A DNA stretch of 64,000 nt, from the NCBI GenBank assembly GCA_035489815.1, contig DATHJH010000005.1, positions 20,406-84,405 of the forward strand, written 5' to 3'. Every line of letters begins with the position of its first letter. Position 1 is the stretch's first letter. This stretch comes from Candidatus Limnocylindria bacterium (lineage in GTDB: Bacteria; Patescibacteriota; Saccharimonadia; Saccharimonadales; JAGQNK01). The translations under genes were made by a program, and so were the position numbers. This document shows, in pieces, positions 35,110 through 43,745 of the stretch. The notes under the pieces are model-generated. The model ran no database searches. It saw nothing but the letters and a program-made list of their open reading frames with translations, and was not told the origin of the DNA.

Positions 35110-36249
35110 CTAGTTCTTTTGGGCAACCCCCAGCACTACCTTAGCAAGTTGATGAGTAGCATCCAGTACTGTGACGGCCTGTAGACGGCTTCCAAGCTTG
35201 TGGCGAACCCCGGCGTCATCTAACAGGCGACGGATTGCCCCGTCAAGTTCACTGCCTAACGTTGTTTCATTGACAACTACCACTGCTCCCTGCTCTTCCA
35301 GATTCCGGGCGTTTGTCAGCTGGTGGCCCCCGGTAAGAAGTGGATTGGGCACCACTATGCCTGCCCTGCCCTGAACCCCCAGTTCAGCTAAGGTGTTTGC
35401 CCCTGCCCTTGTAATAGTTATATCGCTTGCTCCGGTGTATTTATACATAGAATCAAGCAGTTCATATACCCGCAAGCGGGGATGTTTATAGCCCCTGTAC
35501 ACGCCGGCTTTTCCCTTGCCCACCTGATGAACAACGTACAGATCGTCGTAATCTTCGAACAGCTTCGACAGGAGCTGTTTCACTGCCGTGTTTATTCGTG
35601 CAGCTCCACCACTGCCTCCTGTCACCAGTACCAGTCTACTTTTTGGCGGGATGTCCAAGTCCCGCTTAAATGCCGCCTGCTGGGATGAAGTTACCGGTTT
35701 ATGGCTGTCGCTCACTAACACACCAACATATTTGACGCTTTGGCTGGGGTAGTGATAGAACCCGGCCGGCATGCCTGTTGCATGGTAGGTGGCCCATCGT
35801 GCTACCAGACGATTGGCCAGGCCTGGGAGTGTGTCAGAGTCATGCGTCACAAACGGAATCTTCCAGAAAGCCGCGGCCAGGCCGGCCGGTACCCCCACAA
35901 AACCTCCTTTCAGCAAAATTGCATCAGGTTTTAATCGCCTCATAAGTATCAGTGCCTGGAGCGTCCCCAGCAGAAAATAAAAGAAATCACGCAGGTTCAA
36001 TACATTTGTCTTCACATCCAGCAGGCGCTTGAACCATGACTCACCGTGGTACCGGCGAAACTTGCCCGCCCGGATGGTCCGGATTTCGTCTATGTCCGGA
36101 TTGTCTGCCACCATATGAGCAAACTTGCCGCTATGTTCGCCCATGTATATCACACGAACCTCGGGTTGGAGTCGCTTTAGTTCATGGGCGAGGGCTACTA
36201 TCGGCGTAATGTGGCCGCCGGTTCCGCCGCCAGTCAGCAGTATGGTCAT
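35110..36249 (-). CDS. murG: UDP-N-acetylglucosamine--lipid I transferase MurG
   Basis: MTILLTGGGTGGHITP start preceded by gaaagggg, and a C-terminal TRAGANTLAEL motif. The ORF is open to 36339, but that part overlaps ftsW. Confidence 0.9.
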   Translation of the reverse strand: MTILLTGGGTGGHITPIVALAHELKRLQPEVRVIYMGEHSGKFAHMVADNPDIDEIRTIRAGKFRRYHGESWFKRLLDVKTNVLNLRDFFYFLLGTLQALILMRRLKPDAILLKGGFVGVPAGLAAAFWKIPFVTHDSDTLPGLANRLVARWATYHATGMPAGFYHYPSQSVKYVGVLVSDSHKPVTSSQQAAFKRDLDIPPKSRLVLVTGGSGGAARINTAVKQLLSKLFEDYDDLYVVHQVGKGKAGVYRGYKHPRLRVYELLDSMYKYTGASDITITRAGANTLAELGVQGRAGIVVPNPLLTGGHQLTNARNLEEQGAVVVVNETTLGSELDGAIRRLLDDAGVRHKLGSRLQAVTVLDATHQLAKVVLGVAQKN

Positions 36250-37480
36250 TGGTACCCCTTTCCGGGAGAGTTCTGTCGTCATCCCCCCTGTTAACCGCAT
36301 AAGAAGTATACCGGGAAATATTGAACACCAGGCCGACACCTGCCATCAAAAAGACTACGCTCGTACCGCCAGTACTAATGAACGGCAAGGTGATGCCCTT
36401 GAGGGGCAGTAGGCCAATCATAGCACCAATATTAATAAAGGTCTGCGTACTAAACCAGGCCAGCACCCCTGCCACAATCAGCCGCGAAAAATTGTCAGGA
36501 GCGCGCTCCATAATATTTTTTATCCTCGCAAAAAATACCGCAAACAGACAGACTAAAAATGTAGCGCCTACAAACCCGAACTTTTCTGAGACAATAGCAA
36601 AAATAGAGTCGTTTGCCGCCTCCGGCAAGTATCCGAAAGCCTGGCCGCTATTTTGCAACCCAATCCCAAATAAGCCACCCGAACCCACTGCTATGAGGGC
36701 CTGGCAGGCCTGATATCCGGCACTCTGGCAGTCCTTCTCTGGATTCAGAAAAGTAGTAATACGGTCGCGTCGATACCCAAACGGCAAAATCAGCACCAAA
36801 AGTGCCAGTACCACCACAACACCTACCTGAGCCACGCGTACCAGCGGCAGACCCGCCACAAAGGCCATTGCGGCCATCATGCCAGTTATAACAGCCGTGG
36901 AGCCAAAGTCCCGCTGCAGGATAGCTACCGCTAAGCCCACGGCACCCAGCACTATAATGAGCGGCTTGAGAGTTTTTTGTGTACTGATTGCCTCCCGGAG
37001 CTGTATGCGCCTTTCCAGAAAAGCCGCCAGACAAATAATAAGCGCGATCTTTACAAGCTCGACAGACTGCAAGGATAAGCCGGCAAAGCGTATCCACCGG
37101 TGAGCCGGATAATCCGGACTAACCGGTGTTACAAGCGCTACCAGCGTAGCGACAACTGCCAGCACAAGCAGCGGACGCTGCCAGGAATACCACTTGCGAA
37201 ATGGTACAAAGGCCACCACCAGAAAAGCAATAATCCCTAAACTGATAGCAGTCAGCTGCTTGGTCACAAAATAATTTTCACCAACCCGGCGTTGCGCACT
37301 CAGGCCCGGGCTAATGGCGTACACCACAATCAGGCCGACAGCCAGCAACAAAATGCTTATCAGGATCAGTATGTAGTCCGGCTTGTGCTTCCGCTGGACC
37401 GCTCCGCGGCTGGACAGCAGTGGACGCCTGGAGCTCACCTCAAAATCCCCTTGGTTTACAAAAAATACCCTGCCGGGCAA
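36182..37480 (-). CDS. ftsW: FtsW/RodA (SEDS) family protein
   Basis: 432 aa, about 10 TM. Conserved LQ.SE..K region and PLKGITLPFISTGGTS near the C-terminus. The tail overlaps the murG start by 68 nt. Confidence 0.85.
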   Translation of the reverse strand: MPGRVFFVNQGDFEVSSRRPLLSSRGAVQRKHKPDYILILISILLLAVGLIVVYAISPGLSAQRRVGENYFVTKQLTAISLGIIAFLVVAFVPFRKWYSWQRPLLVLAVVATLVALVTPVSPDYPAHRWIRFAGLSLQSVELVKIALIICLAAFLERRIQLREAISTQKTLKPLIIVLGAVGLAVAILQRDFGSTAVITGMMAAMAFVAGLPLVRVAQVGVVVVLALLVLILPFGYRRDRITTFLNPEKDCQSAGYQACQALIAVGSGGLFGIGLQNSGQAFGYLPEAANDSIFAIVSEKFGFVGATFLVCLFAVFFARIKNIMERAPDNFSRLIVAGVLAWFSTQTFINIGAMIGLLPLKGITLPFISTGGTSVVFLMAGVGLVFNISRYTSYAVNRGDDDRTLPERGTNDHTADWRRNRRPHYADSSPRP

Positions 37481-37507
37481 TCATCGCGCTACACATCGGC
37501 CAAATCA

Positions 37508-38542
37508 CTATTTTCTCCCTAAGAGATAGAGAATCAGTCCCAGTACACCGGCTACCTGACCCAAAATCCAAAAACGCATAGTCACTTTGGTTTCCGGCCA
37601 GCCAAGTGCCTCGAAGTGGTGGTGAATAGGCGAGGACAAAAATACTTTCTTGCCGTGCCGTAACTTGCGTGAAGTACGGTTAATAATAACCGACCCGGTT
37701 TCCGCCACGTAGACAGCGCCGATGATCGGCAAAATATAGATAGTATCGGTTTGCAACGCAATAATCCCTAGAGCCGTGCCCATCGCCAGCGACCCGGTGT
37801 CTCCCATAAAAAATCTCGCCGGGTAGATGTTGAACCAAGTATAGCTAAGTAACGCGCCTACGATGGATAGGCAGAACCCTGCCAGGTAATATTGCCCTTG
37901 CACTATCGAGATGATGGTATAGACGCCAAACGATGAGGCCAACAACCCCCCGGCCAGACCATCCAAGCCGTCTGTGATGTTGACGGCGTTAGTGGTTGCG
38001 ATAACTACAAACCAAAACAGCAGTATCACAAATGCACCCAACATTACTTCACCAAAGCCGAAATTCAAGCTGGTAACATCCAGCTTGGCATAAAACCACC
38101 ACCCTCCAGCGAGCCCCACGATGCTGTGCAACCCAAGCTTGGCCTTGGCCCGCATACCGGCTATGCTGCTGCTACCCCTGATATTCATCCAATCATCGAT
38201 GAATCCCACCATGCCAGCGCCAAGCATACCCGCCAGAGGCAGCCAGGTCTCACGCCGATCTAGATTGGCTGCCAGCGTCACTGCAGCAACAGCCAATATG
38301 AACACCGTGCCAGCCATATTTGGAATATTGCGCTTGTGTTTGGCGGCATGCAGCCTGGCGTAGACAGGCGCTGCAGTTCCGCCCATGGCCTCGGTTCGTT
38401 GCTTTTTCCACCACTCATACTTGTAGGCAATAGTGGTATAGAAAGGCGTCAAAGCCATACTCGCGGCAAAACCAAAAAAGCCAAATAACAGGATCTCGAT
38501 GAGAGTGCTGGTCTGCAGCGATAGATTGATGATTTCTGTCAT
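37508..38542 (-). CDS. mraY: phospho-N-acetylmuramoyl-pentapeptide transferase MraY
   Basis: 344 aa. NAVNITDGLDGLA, MGDTGSLALG and PIHHHFE motifs. Confidence 0.95.
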   Translation of the reverse strand: MTEIINLSLQTSTLIEILLFGFFGFAASMALTPFYTTIAYKYEWWKKQRTEAMGGTAAPVYARLHAAKHKRNIPNMAGTVFILAVAAVTLAANLDRRETWLPLAGMLGAGMVGFIDDWMNIRGSSSIAGMRAKAKLGLHSIVGLAGGWWFYAKLDVTSLNFGFGEVMLGAFVILLFWFVVIATTNAVNITDGLDGLAGGLLASSFGVYTIISIVQGQYYLAGFCLSIVGALLSYTWFNIYPARFFMGDTGSLAMGTALGIIALQTDTIYILPIIGAVYVAETGSVIINRTSRKLRHGKKVFLSSPIHHHFEALGWPETKVTMRFWILGQVAGVLGLILYLLGRK

Positions 38543-38592
38543 AGTGTTTGCCTGTATTATACCCCTTATTTACTAAATGAAGTTATACCTTA

Positions 38593-40299
38593 TTAAGTCC
38601 GGGGCACTACATTAAAATTATTAATGAGCATCCTGGTCAGGTCAGCAAAAAGGGGCGCAGCCGCCTGGGAACCGGCATAACCGGGAATCTTTGGCCGATT
38701 TACCCGCACCACAATAACATACTGCGGTTCATCGCCACCCACGAAACCCATAAACATCCCATTAAATACATTGGTATAGTACCCCCCTTCAGGCCGGGCC
38801 ACCTCGGCAGTGCCGGTCTTGCCGCCAATGCTGTAGGCAGGATATGCTTGCTTGAATCCGTAGAGAAATTTGTTTTTCTCTACGGTGTATTCCATAATCT
38901 CCCGGATAGTCTTGCTGACCTCTTTGCTTACTACTTTTTCCCGAACGACTTTTGGATTGTCCTTTTGTTCCCTGCCGGCTGTATCTATGGTTTTTTCTAC
39001 CAAATACGGCTTGTAATAGGTACCGCCGTTGACCACACCGGCCAACGCCGCAGCCATTTGCAAAGGCGTGGCACTCATACCCTGTCCAAAGGCTGTGTTA
39101 GCGTAGCGGATGTTCAGCCCAAACCCGTCGTTAGGGTCCGGAATAACACCGCCTGATTCATATCCCTGTTCTATGCCAGTTACCCGCCCCAGCCTGAAGT
39201 GGTCAGTCATATAGCCATGCCAGCGCTCACGCGCCTGCTGGTTTATTTCACCGCCGCCCATTTGCATAAGCAACCACGTCGCACCGGTATTAAGCGATAA
39301 CTGAAGGATATCCCGGACGCTTCGCGTCCCTGGACCGCCGTCTTCTTCAATATTGCTTACAACGGCGTCGCCTATTTTGTAGCGGCTTGGGTCATGATAG
39401 GTCTGGTCCTTACCCACCACCCCAAGATCCAGAGCCGCCGCAGCCGTCAGCGGCTTCATGATTGACCCTACTTCCAGAGGCGCTGTCACGGCCGCATTGC
39501 TAAAGACTTCTCCATTTTCGACCTTATAAAACTCGGACGGATTGAAAGTTGGATAGTTTGCCATTGCCTTAACGGCACCGGTCTTGGCCTCCAGTATTAA
39601 CGCGCTGCCAGAATCTGACCGCGCCCGCTTCAGGCCAGCCCTCAGCGTGTCCTCCAGCTGCTGTTGCATACCTATGTCAACGGTCAATACCACCCGTTTG
39701 CCGGATTGCGGCTCACTATTCACGTTGTCTTCATTGGCGGCCAGAGGCACCCCGGCAGCATCCGTAATCGCCTTCAGCTGGCCCGGTACACCCGTTAGTT
39801 CACCATTCAGAGCCTGCTCCAGGCCATACTTGCCCTGGCCTTCATCATTTACAAACCCCAGCAGTTGCGCTGCAAGAGAACCCTGCGGATAGGTGCGGTA
39901 TGGGACTTCGCGGGTCCCGATTCCCTTTAGCTTGAGCACGTTCACTTTATCGCTCTGCTCTTTGGAAAGCTTTTTGCCCAGTATCACATAGCGGGTATCC
40001 TGGGTGCTTAATAAACCCTCGTAAGCACCAGCGCTGCCCCCAACGGCCCGAGCCAATTCATCCGCCGCATGGCGTGAATCCTTGACGTATACAGGATCTG
40101 CGTAGAGAGTATACAGCTTCTCATTTAAGACGATAGGGACTGTTGATCCGCCGCTACGAGCCTCTATAATCCCCCGTTCAGCTGGAATCTCATACTCTTT
40201 CAGCTGAACAGTGAGTGCCGCCTTTTGGTAGTGATCATAGCGGATCACCTGCAGGTAAAACAGCCGGATCACAAAAACCGCGCTCACCAACAATACCAA
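38593..40299 (-). CDS. ftsI: penicillin-binding protein 2/FtsI-type transpeptidase
   Basis: 568 aa. PBP dimerisation region plus transpeptidase motifs GSIMKP (SxxK), SNI-type SxN and GKTGTA (KTG). The true start may lie upstream at a non-ATG codon after aaaggag (about 40360). Confidence 0.85.
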   Translation of the reverse strand: MVLLVSAVFVIRLFYLQVIRYDHYQKAALTVQLKEYEIPAERGIIEARSGGSTVPIVLNEKLYTLYADPVYVKDSRHAADELARAVGGSAGAYEGLLSTQDTRYVILGKKLSKEQSDKVNVLKLKGIGTREVPYRTYPQGSLAAQLLGFVNDEGQGKYGLEQALNGELTGVPGQLKAITDAAGVPLAANEDNVNSEPQSGKRVVLTVDIGMQQQLEDTLRAGLKRARSDSGSALILEAKTGAVKAMANYPTFNPSEFYKVENGEVFSNAAVTAPLEVGSIMKPLTAAAALDLGVVGKDQTYHDPSRYKIGDAVVSNIEEDGGPGTRSVRDILQLSLNTGATWLLMQMGGGEINQQARERWHGYMTDHFRLGRVTGIEQGYESGGVIPDPNDGFGLNIRYANTAFGQGMSATPLQMAAALAGVVNGGTYYKPYLVEKTIDTAGREQKDNPKVVREKVVSKEVSKTIREIMEYTVEKNKFLYGFKQAYPAYSIGGKTGTAEVARPEGGYYTNVFNGMFMGFVGGDEPQYVIVVRVNRPKIPGYAGSQAAAPLFADLTRMLINNFNVVPRT

Positions 40300-40377
40300 G
40301 GCGTACCATACACGGATACGTTGAATCGGGTTCAGAAAAGCGCTGGTCTGCTGAATGATCCGGCTCCTTTAATAGTA

Positions 40378-40773
40378 TTAGTTCTGCACTACGCCTGCCG
40401 GCGCAGCACTGACGAGTTTCCTGGCTACAGCACTATTCTTAACCCGCTCCTGAGCCTGAAGACGGGCAGAGTTAATGGCCAGCTGATCGTGTTCTGCCTT
40501 GAGGCTCACCTGTTGATCTTTGAGATCATTTATACGGTAACTGTAGGCATTGGTTTTTGTCACCTGGGTCAGATATAAAAGGCCGACCAGACAGGCTAAC
40601 ACGATAAGAATGATCGTGTTGCTAATCGGGCCCACGGCCTTGCCGCGTTCACGAAAGCTGGTGGTGTTCTGATTTTTGCCCCAGGCTTTTGCGCCAAACG
40701 CCTGGGAGCCCTGGGTGCTACGCGCGACAGCGTAGCGTTGCCGGCCCACGGCCAGCGATGATGAGTATGTCAT
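40378..40773 (-). CDS. ftsL: FtsL/septum-formation-initiator-like protein
   Basis: From the internal Met (MTYSSS): basic N-terminus, one TM (IILIVLACLVGLLYL), then a coiled coil. Position between rsmH and ftsI. The ORF is open to 40893. Confidence 0.6.
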   Translation of the reverse strand: MTYSSSLAVGRQRYAVARSTQGSQAFGAKAWGKNQNTTSFRERGKAVGPISNTIILIVLACLVGLLYLTQVTKTNAYSYRINDLKDQQVSLKAEHDQLAINSARLQAQERVKNSAVARKLVSAAPAGVVQN

Positions 40774-41004
40774 AATTTTTGTTTTTGCCTGTCCTTCGAA
40801 GCTATAGCAAAGAAGGATTTTTGTTATGTTTGTGTGAGGCTTCCTTGTTCCCCCAGCGCTGTTTCCAGCGCCGGGGGAGACACCTTTGTACAAAGAGGTC
40901 TAGGTTATGAAACAACCCGGACTTTTACTTTGTACGCTCGGGAGAGGTTTTTTACCGTGATTGGCATTCCTCTTCCTTTCTTGTTTTTGCTTCCACCCCT
41001 ATTT

Positions 41005-41922
41005 TTAGAGTGGTCGCTGTTTTTGTTTCGCTGCGGCCCGAAGTTTAGCACTTCGTGCACGCGGATTGGAAACGATTTCATCGTCGTCGGCCATGACAGG
41101 CTGCTTAGTCAGCAGCGTCAGGACGGCGTCGTAGCGGTTACCAGCCAGTTCTTTGAACTGCTGTTTCACAATTCTGTCTTCCAGACTGTGAAAACTGATA
41201 ACCACTATTCGCCCTCCCGGGGCCAGCAGATCTACCCACAGAGGTATGGCTTGCTTGATTTGGTCAAGCTCGCTATTGACCGCAATACGAAGCGCTTGAA
41301 ACGTTCGCGTTGCTGGGTGTACCTTACTATGCCCCGGCCAAGCTTGGGCAACGACTTTTGCAAGGCTTGTTGTCGTAGTAATCGGACGATGTTCCACTAT
41401 CAGACGAGCAATTTTGCGTGCTCGCGGCTCTTCGCCATACTCATGGATTAGATAGCTTAACTCCGCTTCATCATAGTCGTTGACTATGACTTCCGCCGTC
41501 AGGCTTTGTGTCTGGTCCATGCGCATATCCAGCGGTCCTTCTGTCCGAAGGCTAAAACCCCTGCCTGCATTGTCAAGGTGCGGTGACGAAACCCCAAGAT
41601 CAGCCAAAATCAAATCGAATTGTTTATTTGCCTGTATAAGTTCTTGGCTTGCGCCCAAAAAATCCTGGTGGATTATCTGGATGCCACTGCCCGCAAACTT
41701 GTCATGCAAATATGCAATTGCGTGGTGATCGCGATCTACAAGAGTAGATGTGCCTGGTTGTAAGGTGCGTTCCAGTAGAGCTTCCGCGTGCCCTCCGTAT
41801 CCGGCCGTGAGGTCCAGATACGATTCCCCTTTTTTTGGTTGGAGATAGTGAAGGACTGCATCAGGCAGCACTGGAAAATGTTGATTAGTTTGATTTTGGT
41901 TGTTTGTTTTGGTGTTTTTCAT
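41005..41922 (-). CDS. rsmH: 16S rRNA (cytosine1402-N4)-methyltransferase
   Basis: 305 aa. HFPVL..., DLTAGYGGHAEALL, ADLGVSSPHLD, and SFHSLEDRIVK. Confidence 0.95.
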   Translation of the reverse strand: MKNTKTNNQNQTNQHFPVLPDAVLHYLQPKKGESYLDLTAGYGGHAEALLERTLQPGTSTLVDRDHHAIAYLHDKFAGSGIQIIHQDFLGASQELIQANKQFDLILADLGVSSPHLDNAGRGFSLRTEGPLDMRMDQTQSLTAEVIVNDYDEAELSYLIHEYGEEPRARKIARLIVEHRPITTTTSLAKVVAQAWPGHSKVHPATRTFQALRIAVNSELDQIKQAIPLWVDLLAPGGRIVVISFHSLEDRIVKQQFKELAGNRYDAVLTLLTKQPVMADDDEIVSNPRARSAKLRAAAKQKQRPL

Positions 41923-42490
41923 GCATTTTTGTTTTTGATTTTATCTTCTTGTTTCAAAAAGATTTTACCAGATTGTTGATTCTTGCGCATTTTTTTGCGT
42001 TCGAATCATGCAAGGTCACCTATCCAGCAGTCCGCTTTTTGTTTTTTGAAAAGTTTTTGTTTTTGTGCGAAGCCCTATAAAACGGGTTTTATGGGGACCC
42101 CGAGTGTTGATTTGTTTTCTTGGAACCATATTTTGTGGGTTTTTGAAAAACCTACGAAGTTCTAAGTACGAATCAACTTTTTGAGAGACTTATGTGTGAG
42201 GTGGAGTTTTGGGAGGTGTTTTGATGTAAGGTACAAAGGTTTTTTGTATGGTTGGTACCTTCATCCATATGCGTGACTGCCAGATAGCTAACCTCGGTAA
42301 TGAGACACCCATTCTGGGTTTCTCATCGCGCCAGGAACGAAATAAATTTGTTCTTGGGCTGCTCTTTCCAATCGGTGGTTATGTTCCGTCTAGTTTGGAA
42401 TTTTCCATCCGAAAGCGTAAAGAAGTGCCGGAGTCCGAGACGTGCTATCTGAGACTAAACTGCCAAATTTTTAAGGGGCTGCCTGGGAAT

Positions 42491-42850
42491 TTACTGGGTG
42501 GCTGTGAGGCGCCAGTATTTTCCTGCTCTTACTGCGGTGACGTCGTGGTCGATGACAGCGTAATCCAGTAAATGCTGCTCTATGACGATGCGACCCTGCT
42601 TTTGGTCCAGTGCCGCTTCTGTCTTGCCTGCTCTGAACTTGACGTTCAGGTCCGCCGTTCGTTGGTCCAGGATGTTGCCTTGGAGCTCTGGCTCCATGAG
42701 CTTATCCCAGACGTCCTTGGGGTACAGGTGCAAATAGTTTTGGAATCCGCGTGTCAGCACTACTCCAGAGGCAAACTCGGATCGAAGCTCGGTTGGAATT
42801 GTCAACCGACGCTTGTCGTCAAGCTTTCTCTCAAAGTAATCTACTGCCAC
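42491..42850 (-). CDS. mraZ: transcriptional regulator MraZ (short form)
   Basis: 119 aa. LDDKRRLTIPTELR and KQGRIVIEQHL are the two SpoVT/AbrB-type half-motifs of MraZ. First gene of the dcw cluster. Confidence 0.8.
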   Translation of the reverse strand: MAVDYFERKLDDKRRLTIPTELRSEFASGVVLTRGFQNYLHLYPKDVWDKLMEPELQGNILDQRTADLNVKFRAGKTEAALDQKQGRIVIEQHLLDYAVIDHDVTAVRAGKYWRLTATQ

Positions 42851-42944
42851 TCAGTCCGTCCCGTTTAAATTGCTAGTGGTTTTTTATTTTTGCGCCCAGT
42901 AGTACAGCTACTGGGTTGCTACGTGAGGTAGTCGATTTTGGGCT

Positions 42945-42991
42945 ACCCACGTTTACCCACTGACATGAGTGTACAACCCACTCCTACCCAC
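42945..42991 (-). promoter_or_regulatory. four GTGGGT boxes, candidate MraZ operator
   Basis: acccac (+ strand) at 42945, 42955, 42976 and 42986, spaced 10/21/10 nt, 95-140 nt upstream of mraZ. MraZ operators in other bacteria are direct repeats containing TGGG at about 10-nt phasing. Confidence 0.45.
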
Positions 42992-43010
42992 GCGCAAGCT
43001 TTTTACACAG

Positions 43011-43037
43011 AAAAACAGCCGTTCTTACGGCTGTTTT
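43011..43037 (-). terminator. rho-independent terminator between the 145-aa gene and the dcw promoter
   Basis: acagccgt-tctt-acggctgt. On the minus strand it is followed by ttttt. Confidence 0.55.
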
Positions 43038-43106
43038 CCACAGGTTTACTAAAGTTAGTCACTTATCCACAACATGTAGCGGTACCGTGATCTTTACACA
43101 CGCTAG

Positions 43107-43544
43107 CTACGTTTGGGGGTACTGCCTTCGAGACTGATCTTCGGGCGTACCGGGCTGCCGTCCCGGGTCTTCTACGGCAATGATGAGGTCAGCTGGATTT
43201 TCGGGGAGTTTTAGCGAAGCCCCTTCCTGCTGAACTTGATTTCCGCGCTCTAGCGCTTCTGCCCCGGGGTGCATTCGTACGAGGTCGTCTGGAACTCCGG
43301 AATCATCAGGGTGCGTAGCATCGTGAATACGTTCGACTAGCCCTTCCGCCACAGGCAACTGTTTGCCCACTTCGTAAGGAAGCGTATCTTCCGGCATTGC
43401 ACCGGCCCCTATTACAAGCCCGGCTCCGACGCCAACTACCGTTGTAGCTTTCCTGGCGACCTTGGCAACCCGTTGGCGTCTGTTTATTTGTTGTGTTTCT
43501 GCTGTGTCTATGTCGGCTAAAGTATCAGCTTTTGTCATAGTCAT
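43107..43544 (-). CDS. hypothetical membrane-anchored protein
   Basis: 145 aa with one Gly/Ala/Val-rich hydrophobic segment and an acidic C-terminal part. Confidence 0.45.
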   Translation of the reverse strand: MTMTKADTLADIDTAETQQINRRQRVAKVARKATTVVGVGAGLVIGAGAMPEDTLPYEVGKQLPVAEGLVERIHDATHPDDSGVPDDLVRMHPGAEALERGNQVQQEGASLKLPENPADLIIAVEDPGRQPGTPEDQSRRQYPQT

Positions 43545-43587
43545 ACTATACTACCAAATTGTTCAACTGTCAATAGCCCCATCCAAC

Positions 43588-43708
43588 CTCAAAACCCACC
43601 CCTGTCATCCCCCAATCAAGCCCAGGGTCAAGCCGGAGGATCTGGTAGTAAAAAAACTGGATTGTCTGGTCAAGCCAGACAATGACAGTGGAGCAGTGGG
43701 GTTTTGAG
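43588..43708. repeat. nested palindromic intergenic repeat, copy 4
   Basis: ctcaaaacccacccctgtcatcccccaatcaagcc ... caatgacagtggagcagtggggttttgag. Confidence 0.8.
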
Positions 43709-43745
43709 ATTCAGGTACTTTCCTTCTTGGACTTGTTTGCGCGAC

